Shown: positions 8,586 to 17,726 of the stretch, one piece after another
Position numbering within the stretch: the stretch's first letter is position 1
Layout: each line of letters starts with the position of its first letter
Assembly (NCBI GenBank): GCA_965657665.1
Contig: CBFHPF010000001.1
Location: forward strand, 1-48,479
Direction of reading: 5' to 3'
DNA from: Alphaproteobacteria bacterium
GTDB taxonomy: Bacteria > Pseudomonadota > Alphaproteobacteria > RS24
Length of the DNA stretch: 48,479 nucleotides
Notes under the pieces: generated by a model
Told to the model about the DNA's origin: nothing
The model's input: the letters and a program-made list of their open reading frames with translations, nothing else
Database searches by the model: none
Translations under genes and position numbers: made by a program

Positions 8586-9752
8586 TTACTTAACCCGCTC
8601 CAGCACAGATAGATAATTCGCCACTGCGCAACCGCCCATATTGAAAATACCGGCCAGCTTGGCATCTTTTACCTGCATCTCATCGGCATCATTCATCAAT
8701 TGACGCGCCGCCATAACATGCATGGAAACCCCGGTTGCGCCAACCGGATGGCCTTTCGCTTTCAAGCCGCCGGACGGATTAACCGGCAATTTGCCGTCTT
8801 TATAGACCGTGCCATCAGCCAACACATCCGCGCCTTTGCCTTTTTCAGCCAGACCCATCGCCTCATACTGAATAAGCTCGGCAATGGTGAAGCAATCATG
8901 CGTTTCAACCAACGACAAATCATCCAAAGCGATACCGGCTTCTTCAAGACCTTTTGACCAAGCTTGCGCCGGACCATCAAAAGCGGTGACATCGCGCTTG
9001 GCCATTGGCAAGAAATCATTGGCTTGCGCGCGGGCGCGAAAAGCAATCGCTTTGTCATGGCTTTGCGCCGTATCGGCATCGGTCAGCACAATGGCCGCCG
9101 CGCCGTCTGAAATCATTGAGCAATCAGTGCGCTTCAACGGACCGGCGACAATCGGGTTTTTCTCGCTTTCGGCGCGACAGAAATCATAGCCGAAATCTTT
9201 TTGCATATGCGCCAAAGGATTGACCGAGCCGTTTTTATGGTTTTTCGCGGCAATTTGCGCCAGCGCATCTGAGCGGTCGCCATATTTTTGGAAATACTGA
9301 TTGGCCACAACGCCGAAGATGCCCGGGAAAGTCAGACCTTGGTCGCCTTCATCCGGCATGTAAGAGGCGCGCGATAAGCACCGCCCGACATCAGCCGAAG
9401 ACAAATGCGTCATTTTCTCGACGCCAATCGCCAGCACGCGGCGGGCGCGACCGGCCTCAATGGCGTTGGCGGCTTGAAACACAGCCGCTGAACCCGACCC
9501 GCAAGCATTTTCAACGCGTGTCGAAGGCGTAAAGCGAAACGCTTCATTGACCTGCAAAGCCAGCGAAGAAATGAAATCTTGTTCAGACATGCCCGCGTTA
9601 AACGTAGCCACATAAATCGCATCAATATCTTGTGCTTCGACACCGGCATCTTCCAGTGCCTCATTGGCTGCCGCGACCAGCAAATCTTCCAGCCCGTGCT
9701 CTTCCAATTTACCGAATTTCGTGTGGCCCCAGCCAACGATGCATACTGACAT
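8586..9752 (-). CDS. Thiolase, SCP2-type (acetyl-CoA acyltransferase)
   Basis: ENACGSG (catalytic Cys), ETHDCF, GHPVGATG, FNMGG; SD aggag before ATG 9752. Confidence 0.88.
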   Translation of the reverse strand: MSVCIVGWGHTKFGKLEEHGLEDLLVAAANEALEDAGVEAQDIDAIYVATFNAGMSEQDFISSLALQVNEAFRFTPSTRVENACGSGSAAVFQAANAIEAGRARRVLAIGVEKMTHLSSADVGRCLSRASYMPDEGDQGLTFPGIFGVVANQYFQKYGDRSDALAQIAAKNHKNGSVNPLAHMQKDFGYDFCRAESEKNPIVAGPLKRTDCSMISDGAAAIVLTDADTAQSHDKAIAFRARAQANDFLPMAKRDVTAFDGPAQAWSKGLEEAGIALDDLSLVETHDCFTIAELIQYEAMGLAEKGKGADVLADGTVYKDGKLPVNPSGGLKAKGHPVGATGVSMHVMAARQLMNDADEMQVKDAKLAGIFNMGGCAVANYLSVLERVK

Positions 9753-9849
9753 TTCCATCTCCTGATATATCTCAAAATTTTTCTTAAATGAGCCAAAGCG
9801 CCGCCGCTTGTCAAGCGACACGGCGCAGCCATTTAACTAAAAGCGCGTT

Positions 9850-10746
9850 CTAAAGTCCCAAGAACGACAAAATATCCGGCCCGATTTCCGCTTCCAGCCC
9901 GGGCCCGATATCATGGCCCATACCCGCCACCGGTCGCCACACCGCGTCCGGCACATTATCGGCAATATGCTTGCCGCAACGAATATCAATAAGCGTATCG
10001 GCATCGCCATGAATAACCATAAACGGCACGCTAATTGCGCCCAAACGCGGGGTGCGGTCGCCATCGGCAATTGCCGCCGCCATTTGGCGAATAATACCCG
10101 GTGGATGATAATTGCGTTCAGCAATGGCGCGCGCCAAAGCTTGCCGCGTTTCCATCGGGGTGACAAAAGCCGGGCTCATATGCTCACCCAAAACATCGAC
10201 CAAATAAGCGCTCAACGCTTCTTTATCATCGACATTATCGGGCGGCGCCAAATCTGACACGGCAGGTGCCGGTAAATCGGCATGGCCGGAGGTCGACATG
10301 ACACACATGACATGACTGACCCGCGCCCCGTGCGAAAAAGCCAAATGCTGTGCCACCATACCGCCCAAAGACATGCCGAAAATATGCGCTTTTTCGATAT
10401 TCAACGCATCCATTAGCCCAATGACATCTTCCGCCATATCAGCGATTTGATACGGCACGGGAAAGCTAGCACCGGCATCACGTCCCGCCATGAGGGCCAT
10501 AATATCGGGCACACCGGCGGCATCGAGTTTGTGACTTTCGCCAACATCGCGATTATCAAAAACAATCACTTCCAAACCGGCATTGGTAAAATACTCAATA
10601 AAAGAAAGCGGCCATTGAATAAGCTGCGTGCCCAGCCCGCGAATGAGAATGAGCGGCGGCGCATCAATTTTCGTCTCCGGTTGAAAGCGCGCATAGCACA
10701 GCGATATGCCATTAGCTGTGAGATGATTTGTTTGAAATGCCGACAT
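9850..10746 (-). CDS. Alpha/beta-fold hydrolase (esterase-like)
   Basis: FDNRDVG.S, nucleophile elbow GMSLGG, IHGDAD, GMGHD. Confidence 0.9.
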   Translation of the reverse strand: MSAFQTNHLTANGISLCYARFQPETKIDAPPLILIRGLGTQLIQWPLSFIEYFTNAGLEVIVFDNRDVGESHKLDAAGVPDIMALMAGRDAGASFPVPYQIADMAEDVIGLMDALNIEKAHIFGMSLGGMVAQHLAFSHGARVSHVMCVMSTSGHADLPAPAVSDLAPPDNVDDKEALSAYLVDVLGEHMSPAFVTPMETRQALARAIAERNYHPPGIIRQMAAAIADGDRTPRLGAISVPFMVIHGDADTLIDIRCGKHIADNVPDAVWRPVAGMGHDIGPGLEAEIGPDILSFLGL

Positions 10747-10826
10747 GCGCTATCTCCTAATTTGCGTAAACAGTTTATACTGCGCGGCAGACATGAAACA
10801 AGTTGCCGCGATGATGAGAGGCAGAC

Positions 10827-12503
10827 ATGCAAAGAGATTTTGCCGCCTTGGGTGCGGATGAATTTGATCTGGCGATTATCGGCGGTGGCGCGACCGGCGC
10901 GGCGATTGCGCTGGATGCTTCTTTGCGCGGCCTGTCTGTCGCTCTGGTCGACAAAGGCGATTTCGCCGCTGCCACTTCTGCCGGCTCTACCAAATTGATG
11001 CATGGCGGGCTGCGCTATTTGGCCAATGGCGACATTGCCAATGTGCGCGAGGGCTTGCGCGAACGCCGCCATTGGGCGCGCATCGCCAAGCATTTGGTGC
11101 ACCCGCTGCCGTTTATTATTCCGACTTATGAAAAAGCCCAACCGAGCAAAACCATGTTGAAGCTGGGGCTGTATCTTTATGATTTTCTCGCCTTTGACCG
11201 CAACCGCGCGGTTGACCCGATGCAAAAAATGCCCGGCCACCGGCACATGACGGCGGCACAAGTTTTGGGGCTCAGCCCGAACACCCCCACCAATAGCCCG
11301 CAAGGACGCTTGACCGGCGGCTTGATGTATCATGATGGGCAAATGCTATCGCCGGAAAGGCTGGTGCTGGCGATGCTACGAACCGCCATTCAGGCCGGTG
11401 CTGTGGCGGTGAATTATGCCGAAGTGAACGAGCTTATCCATCAAGATGGACGCATTGTCGGGGCCAAGCTAACTGATAAATTATCGCGCAAAAAAACCGA
11501 ATTGCGGGCTGCGCTGACGATTAATGCCGCCGGACCTTGGGCCGATATGCTGATGGCGAAAGTACAATCGGGTGGCTTGCGCAAAAAGCTTGTGCGCTCC
11601 AAAGGCATTCATTTGCTGACCCGCTCATTAACGCGGGGGGCCGCGCTGGCGGTGCCACTCGAAGATGAACATTTATTCGTGACACCTTATATGGGCCTCA
11701 GCCTGTTGGCCACAACTGACACAAAATTTGACGATGCGCCCGATGATGCTGCCGTCACAAAAGACGATATCGCGCTATTGTTGGACAAAGCCAATCGCGC
11801 CTTGCCCGATGCCAAATTAACCGAAGACGATATTATCTTTGCCTATGTCGGCTTGCGCCCCTTGGTTGCCGATATGGATGACAAGGAAGACGCGACTTAT
11901 GGGCTGTCGCGCGGCAGTGAGATTTATGACCATGCACGCCATAACGGGCCGCAAGGTTTTATCTCAGCCTTGGGCGGTAAATGGACAACCTCGCGCCGCT
12001 TGGCTGAGCAAATTACTGATTTAGCCATGCAGCATTTAGAGCGCCCGCCTGCTCGCAAGCGCAGTGCGCAAACGCTATTGGCGTGCACGCCACGCGATGA
12101 TTTAAGCCGCTTCATGGATGATATGCGGGCTGAGTTCCCTCATATTGAAACCGCCGATATCGATGTTTTATCGCGGCTTTACGGTCGCTTGCTGCCCGCC
12201 ATGATGGCCAGTGATGTTAAGGGTCTTGAAGCATTAGATGCGGTTTTGGCGGCGCGCATTGCATTTGCCGTCAATGAAGAAATGGCGGTGCAGTTAACCG
12301 ATGTGGTGATGCGCCGCTTGCCGGAAGGCCAATTGGGCGCGCTGACAGCCAAGCAAGTTAACGCCATTGCCGATTATATGGCGGCGCGTTTGGGCTGGTC
12401 TGAGGCGGAATGTAAAAAGCAAAAAGCGGCCCTAAAAACAGTCATGAAAACCGTCACGAAAACCGTGAAACCGGTCAAAAAACCAACCGCCGCCAAAAAA
12501 TAA
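10827..12503 (+). CDS. glpD: FAD-dependent glycerol-3-phosphate dehydrogenase/oxidase
   Basis: IIGGGATG, STKLMHGGLRYL, INAAGPW, SKGIHL, GLRPL, GGKWTT.R. Confidence 0.85.
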   Translation: MQRDFAALGADEFDLAIIGGGATGAAIALDASLRGLSVALVDKGDFAAATSAGSTKLMHGGLRYLANGDIANVREGLRERRHWARIAKHLVHPLPFIIPTYEKAQPSKTMLKLGLYLYDFLAFDRNRAVDPMQKMPGHRHMTAAQVLGLSPNTPTNSPQGRLTGGLMYHDGQMLSPERLVLAMLRTAIQAGAVAVNYAEVNELIHQDGRIVGAKLTDKLSRKKTELRAALTINAAGPWADMLMAKVQSGGLRKKLVRSKGIHLLTRSLTRGAALAVPLEDEHLFVTPYMGLSLLATTDTKFDDAPDDAAVTKDDIALLLDKANRALPDAKLTEDDIIFAYVGLRPLVADMDDKEDATYGLSRGSEIYDHARHNGPQGFISALGGKWTTSRRLAEQITDLAMQHLERPPARKRSAQTLLACTPRDDLSRFMDDMRAEFPHIETADIDVLSRLYGRLLPAMMASDVKGLEALDAVLAARIAFAVNEEMAVQLTDVVMRRLPEGQLGALTAKQVNAIADYMAARLGWSEAECKKQKAALKTVMKTVTKTVKPVKKPTAAKK

Positions 12504-12569
12504 TCGCTTAACACGCCCCGATTTTGCGCTAGCGTAACAATAATGAGACGGAGTGGGGAGCGCGCGATT

Positions 12570-13556
12570 ATGTCATCACATCTAACATCAATGGCACATC
12601 CGAAATTTGCCTATGAAAAAGGGCTGCATCAAATCGGCAATGGCGCTTACGCTTGGCTGCAACCCGATGGCGGGTGGGGCTGGTCTAACGCCGGATTGGT
12701 GGTCGATGCCGACCAGTCTTTGCTGGTGGATACGCTGTTTGATGTGCCGCTGACTTTAGACATGCTCACGGCCTATCGCGATGCTGAACCGGCGGCTGAA
12801 AACGTCGATAAGGTTATCAACACGCATCATAATGGCGACCATTGCAACGGCAATTGCTGCTGCCCTGACGCGCAAATTATTGCCCATCGCGCCACGGCTG
12901 AGCATATGCAAGCCGAGCCGCCAAGTCTGGTGCAGGGCTTTTTGGATGCCGCGCCGCAATTGGGCGATATGGGCAAATATCTGACCAGTTGCTTCGGCCC
13001 GTTTGATTTCAAATCGGTTGAGCAAAAACTGCCCGACACGCTGATTGATGACGAAACCACCATTAAAGTCGGCGACAAAGATGTGCATCTCATCCCCGTC
13101 GGCCCGGCGCATACGCCGGGTGATACTTTGGTGCATGTGCCGGCTGACCGCACGGTTTACACCGGCGATATTTTATTTATCGGCGGTCATCCGATTATTT
13201 GGGAAGGGCCGGTGCAAAATTGGATTAATGCGTGCGACCGCATTTTGGCCATGGATGTCGAAACCATTGTGCCGGGGCATGGGCCGATTACCACCAAAAC
13301 AGGTGTCGAAGAAGTGCGCCATTATCTCACCACCATGCGCCATGAAGCGCGCCAGCGTTATGAAGCTGGCATGAGCTATAAAGAAGCAGCGTTTGATATT
13401 GCGCTGGGTGTGTTTGACGATTGGGGCGACCGCGAGCGCATTGTCGTCAATTGCGCCACCATGTATCGCGAATTTGGCGCGCCCGATGAAGCGGAAATCG
13501 CCGAATTATTTGCCGGTATGGCTGAATATGCAAACTCCCGTCCCCAAGACAAGTAA
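12570..13556 (+). CDS. MBL-fold metallo-hydrolase (cyclase-like)
   Basis: WGWSNAGL, THHNGDH metal motif, PAHTPGD, YTGD, VPGHG. Confidence 0.85.
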   Translation: MSSHLTSMAHPKFAYEKGLHQIGNGAYAWLQPDGGWGWSNAGLVVDADQSLLVDTLFDVPLTLDMLTAYRDAEPAAENVDKVINTHHNGDHCNGNCCCPDAQIIAHRATAEHMQAEPPSLVQGFLDAAPQLGDMGKYLTSCFGPFDFKSVEQKLPDTLIDDETTIKVGDKDVHLIPVGPAHTPGDTLVHVPADRTVYTGDILFIGGHPIIWEGPVQNWINACDRILAMDVETIVPGHGPITTKTGVEEVRHYLTTMRHEARQRYEAGMSYKEAAFDIALGVFDDWGDRERIVVNCATMYREFGAPDEAEIAELFAGMAEYANSRPQDK

Positions 13557-13816
13557 TGGCGCCCGCAGGACAAGTAATGCGGGAAATTGACGCGACCGGT
13601 CTGAATTGCCCGATGCCGGTATTGCGGCTGCAAAAAGCTTTGCGCGATATAGAAAGCGGCACGCGCGTGATGCTGCTGGCCAGTGACCCGATGGCGGCGA
13701 TTGATGTACCGCATTTTCTAAACGAAACCGGCCACCATTTGCACAGCCAAAAAACCGAGCCGAACAACGCCGCCGATGGGCGCGATTTATTAATTTTCGA
13801 AATTGAAAAGAGCTAG
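13556..13816 (+). CDS. tusA: TusA/SirA-family sulfur carrier; alternative start ATG 13577
   Basis: IDATGLNCPMPVL and ASDP.A..DVPHF motifs; TAATG stop/start overlap. Confidence 0.88.
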   Translation: MAPAGQVMREIDATGLNCPMPVLRLQKALRDIESGTRVMLLASDPMAAIDVPHFLNETGHHLHSQKTEPNNAADGRDLLIFEIEKS

Positions 13817-13829
13817 CGACAAAAATCGC

Positions 13830-14174
13830 TCAGCCAAATGCTGCCTTCACATCATCCGTGAAGCCGACAGTAACCTGCCCGTCTGCATCAATCACCGGTC
13901 GTTTGATAAGCGTCGGATTGGCCAGCATGAGTGCGATGAGATGGGCTTCATCTTCATTGGCTTTTTCAGCATCAGATAATTTGCGCCAACTTGTGCCACG
14001 CTTATTCAGCAGCTTGTCCATCGGTTGTGACGCCAGCCAGTCGCGCAGCATATTTTCCTGCAAGCCGTCTTTGCGAAAATCATGAAACACGAAGTCATGG
14101 CCTTGCGCGGTTAAAAAATCGCGCGCCTTTTTAACCGTATCGCAATTGGGGATGCCGTAAACCGTGATGGCCAT
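13830..14174 (-). CDS. ArsC/Spx family protein (YffB-like)
   Basis: YGIPNCDTVKKA, HDFRKDG, LNKRGTSWR, PTLIKRP. Confidence 0.9.
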   Translation of the reverse strand: MAITVYGIPNCDTVKKARDFLTAQGHDFVFHDFRKDGLQENMLRDWLASQPMDKLLNKRGTSWRKLSDAEKANEDEAHLIALMLANPTLIKRPVIDADGQVTVGFTDDVKAAFG

Positions 14175-14905
14175 TATTCAGCCGCCAAATATCCGGCGGT
14201 TTGCAAATCAGGCGTTGCATCGACAATGCGGCGATAAGCCAGCGGTGTCGCTACGCCTAATTGGCGGCGCACATCTTCAAGCGGCATTTGCAATAATTCT
14301 TCCCAATGCGCGCCCGGCAAACCTTTGGCGGCTTTGCCGAGACGGAAAGCCTCACGCAAAGCGCGGCCAATGCCCAGTTGCGGTGCTTCTTTGCGCGTGA
14401 CAAAAAAGCCCGCCGCAATAATCACCAAAATGCCGAGATTGCCCAATTGGCGATAGGTGACCGCCAGCAAGCATAATTCACCCAGCGGGTCACGACCATA
14501 GCCGGTGGTGACATGCCATAAATCATGCGCATCTCGCATACGCTCGTGATATTTAATCTGCGCCGCGCTCAATTCGCGCGTCTCATCGCGCCCTTCAACC
14601 GACGCATCGGTCAGTCCGTCCGCGGTAATTTGCTCCACCTTGGTGAAATTGAAATAACGCTGGCCCAACGAGCCTTGCGGGAGGCTTGCCAGCCATTTGC
14701 GGTCTTTGAGATATTCCAGCAGCGGTTTTTCGGACGATAAAATATCATCCGCATGGGCGGTTTTTTTAAACCGCTCGAAAGCGCGCAAACCGGAATTACC
14801 CGCCAGCGCCTCTAAAATGACAAACACTTGTTTGGTGTCTTCTTTATCGGCGATCAATTTTTTGATGGCGCCTGAAATTCTCTTCACTCGACCCGGTTGT
14901 GACAC
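14174..14905 (-). CDS. Coq4-family protein
   Basis: LPQGSLG..Y, RDAHDLWHVTTGYG...LGE (HDxxH...E), W.E.L..PL..VRRQLG; GTG start with SD gagga. Confidence 0.8.
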   Translation of the reverse strand: MSQPGRVKRISGAIKKLIADKEDTKQVFVILEALAGNSGLRAFERFKKTAHADDILSSEKPLLEYLKDRKWLASLPQGSLGQRYFNFTKVEQITADGLTDASVEGRDETRELSAAQIKYHERMRDAHDLWHVTTGYGRDPLGELCLLAVTYRQLGNLGILVIIAAGFFVTRKEAPQLGIGRALREAFRLGKAAKGLPGAHWEELLQMPLEDVRRQLGVATPLAYRRIVDATPDLQTAGYLAAE

Positions 14906-15026
14906 TGGTTCATCCTCGCGGCTTTTGGTTAAAGCTGAATTCGGTTTTCGTTGCCTGACTATAGCCGAGACAAGTCAATTCGGGCAAGAGGCGGACGAGA
15001 GGCGGACGAGAGGTGAGTAGCCGAAC

Positions 15027-15662
15027 TCAATCAGGCGCACGCCACACCGCATCGGCGAGCTTTTCATCCATCGCTCGGCCCGGCTCGCAGCTATCGGAAT
15101 AATAGCCTTTGGTTTTCGGCCTAAAGCGATGCAACACAATTGCCGACTGGCCGGACACATGGCGCGGCACACCCAGCAATTCGCCCATGCGGTGATTGCG
15201 TTGAAAGGCGGCGCAATCAGCTTCTTGCTCATTATAAATGCCCGCCACATGCATCGCCTCATGGGTCAGCACATGCAGGCCATATACATCGCGATAATCT
15301 CGGACGCTTCTTTGATTGGCCTCGGCCGGGTCAGATAAATAATTGCGCAAGCGATTGCAAGTGCGCTGCTGCAGATAAATCTCAGTGCCGCCGCGCTTCA
15401 CAAAACCGGCGGCGTTCCAATGCCAAAAACCGCCCAAGCGCGACAGGCAAGTGACACCGACAAATTGATTGTTAATCAGCTTGCCCGCCGCACTGGCCAA
15501 TTTTTCTTCATATAAATATTGTCGCAGCGGAATGGCAAAAACAATCAACGCCACCAAAAGCATCATGAAAAAATAGCTGTCGAAACGCTTCGGCCCCATT
15601 GGGTGAAGCGCGCCTTTAATGGCCATAAATACAAAAAATAACGATATGGCTGTCAGCAGCAC
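15027..15662 (-). CDS. Hypothetical membrane-anchored HExxH metalloprotease-like protein
   Basis: Two N-terminal hydrophobic helices; LTHEAMH...NEQEADC; four Cys in the soluble part; GAGGTG 6 nt before GTG 15662 (ORF track start 15671). Confidence 0.65.
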   Translation of the reverse strand: MLLTAISLFFVFMAIKGALHPMGPKRFDSYFFMMLLVALIVFAIPLRQYLYEEKLASAAGKLINNQFVGVTCLSRLGGFWHWNAAGFVKRGGTEIYLQQRTCNRLRNYLSDPAEANQRSVRDYRDVYGLHVLTHEAMHVAGIYNEQEADCAAFQRNHRMGELLGVPRHVSGQSAIVLHRFRPKTKGYYSDSCEPGRAMDEKLADAVWRAPD

Positions 15663-15690
15663 GATACACACCTCGGCAAAAAAAGGCGGC

Positions 15691-15777
15691 TGGTGCCCTT
15701 GGGCGGACTCGAACCGCCACTCCCGTGAAGGAAACGGATTTTGAATCCGTCGCGTCTACCAATTCCGCCACAAGGGC
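15691..15777 (-). tRNA. tRNA-Leu (anticodon CAA)
   Basis: Minus strand GCCCTTG...CAAGGGC-A-CCA, anticodon arm ACGGA-TTCAAAA-TCCGT, long variable arm, GGTTCGAGTCC; 87 nt. Confidence 0.97.
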
Positions 15778-15843
15778 TGACCAGCCCGTTTCATTTGCCC
15801 GATTATTGACGGCGCGTCAATATCCCGTTCGCCGATTTTGCGA

Positions 15844-17622
15844 TTAACGCCGTCCGCCATCATCATGGTCATGCTGCCAAACAGCACGCGTCACCATGCG
15901 GCCATGGGCAAATAAATCCGCCTCATGAATAATGCCAACAAGCACGCCCTCATCCAACACCGGCACACCCTCGCCGATAAAATCGCGCATCGCCATTTGC
16001 GCATGCAGCGCGTTATCATCAGCTTGCAAAATTAATGGCGTGCGTTCTTGCAAGGGCAAGCACGCGCCATCGGCTGGCTGGCGCACCAAATCATACAGGC
16101 ACACTTTCCCCACCCAAGCACCCGTTTCATCGACCAAATGCGCCTCGGCGCAATGCGCTTCGGCCATGGCATTAATTGCTGCTTCGACACGCACCGCGCT
16201 GGGCAAGGTAAGATAATCGGGCGACATTAATTCGGTGACCGGCGTCGACTGCAAGGCCAAGCTTTCCCGCCCCAGCGATAAATCAACACCCTTGGTCATG
16301 AGCTGTGGCTCAAAAATAGAGCGCGAAGACAAACGCGAAGACAATAAATTGGCCGTCACAATCGTCACCATAATGGCCGTTGTAGCGGCATAGTTTTGTG
16401 ACAATTCAAAACCCAACAAAATCAAAGATAATGGTGCGCCCAACATTGAGCTGGCGGTCGCCGTCATGCCCGCCAAAACAAACAGCCCAATATCGGGCTG
16501 ATAGCCGGTCAGGGGCGCGGCAAAGCCGATAAGCATGGCCATAATTGCGCCCAAAGCCGCACCGGCAAACAAAGCAGGCGCAACAGCCCCGCCATGGAAA
16601 AACAGCGTCAAGCACACGCCACCGGCAATGATTTTCAAAATCAGCAGAACCAATAAAACCGGCGTTGCAATTTCGCCCGCCATCATCATTGAAATCGTAT
16701 CAAGGCCCGGCCCCAAAACAGCCGGTGCAAAATGCCCGACCAGACCGATAAATAATCCGGCCAAAGCAGGCTTGGCCCAAATCGGCAAACCCGTCTGCTC
16801 AATGCGGCTGCGCAAGACAGTCCAAAACCGCATCACCGCCACAGCCAGTAAACCGGATGCGAGACCCAGCACAATCAGCAAAATAATATCAAGCGGTCCG
16901 GCCATGCGCGTTTCCAACATCGGTAAAACCGAAATATGCTGGTTCAACACCTCGCCGGAGAACACATAAGCCGCCGCCGAAGCAAGCGTCACCGGCGCGA
17001 AGAATCTTAAACTGTAATGGCGTAACACCACTTCATGGGCAAAAATAATGCCCGCCAATGGCGCGCTGAACGCTGCTGAAATAGCCGCAGCCGCGCCTGC
17101 ACCCAATGCCATTTCGCCATATTGCGGCGATAGATTTAACAGCTTTTTCGTGCTGGCCGCCAAGCTGGCACCCAACACCACTAACGGGCCATACAGACCG
17201 GTGGTTGAGCCTGCGCCAATGGCGACAATCGATTTCAGCAGGCTGACATAGCCACCCGTGCGCGAAACAGCTGGATCGGGGCGATGAGCGGCGTGAATAA
17301 CATCAGCAATCTCGACCGGCTTTTGAGGCGATAGCCAAACCAGCAAACCGCCAATCACCAAACCGGCACCGGTCGGCACAATCAATAAAACCCAATCAAT
17401 GCCGTTCCAGCCAATATGGTCGGCAGGGTGCGCAGGTAACCATAAATCAAGTAAAATTTGGGTAGCGCCGAAAGCCGCCAAAGCGGCATAAGCCACAATC
17501 ACACCCAACACCAAGCCGATAGCCGTGATGCCGAGGCCGCGCTTTAATTGCGCCAGCGTATCGCCAATGCGCTCACCGATAAGTAGGCGTAAAGCGGTTT
17601 TCCATCTTTGTGTTCGGCTCAT
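15844..17622 (-). CDS. CLC-family (chloride channel/transporter) protein with CBS domains and atypical signature motifs
   Basis: Many TM helices; GAAAAISAAFSAPLAG..F..E and LGAPLS....FEL motifs; C-terminal CBS pair. Confidence 0.88.
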   Translation of the reverse strand: MSRTQRWKTALRLLIGERIGDTLAQLKRGLGITAIGLVLGVIVAYAALAAFGATQILLDLWLPAHPADHIGWNGIDWVLLIVPTGAGLVIGGLLVWLSPQKPVEIADVIHAAHRPDPAVSRTGGYVSLLKSIVAIGAGSTTGLYGPLVVLGASLAASTKKLLNLSPQYGEMALGAGAAAAISAAFSAPLAGIIFAHEVVLRHYSLRFFAPVTLASAAAYVFSGEVLNQHISVLPMLETRMAGPLDIILLIVLGLASGLLAVAVMRFWTVLRSRIEQTGLPIWAKPALAGLFIGLVGHFAPAVLGPGLDTISMMMAGEIATPVLLVLLILKIIAGGVCLTLFFHGGAVAPALFAGAALGAIMAMLIGFAAPLTGYQPDIGLFVLAGMTATASSMLGAPLSLILLGFELSQNYAATTAIMVTIVTANLLSSRLSSRSIFEPQLMTKGVDLSLGRESLALQSTPVTELMSPDYLTLPSAVRVEAAINAMAEAHCAEAHLVDETGAWVGKVCLYDLVRQPADGACLPLQERTPLILQADDNALHAQMAMRDFIGEGVPVLDEGVLVGIIHEADLFAHGRMVTRAVWQHDHDDGGRR

Positions 17623-17726
17623 AAATTACCCTAACCAAAAGCGGCGCAAGAAGACAGCGACAATAAGGCCGCCTTGCGGCTGATAAAGCCCTTTTCTTGA
17701 CCGCATGCAACCGCTAATCTCCGGCC

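Noticed and set aside
6614-15777. Active integrative element at either tRNA
   Set aside because: No integrase or recombinase ORF, and no duplicated tRNA 3' end was seen by eye.
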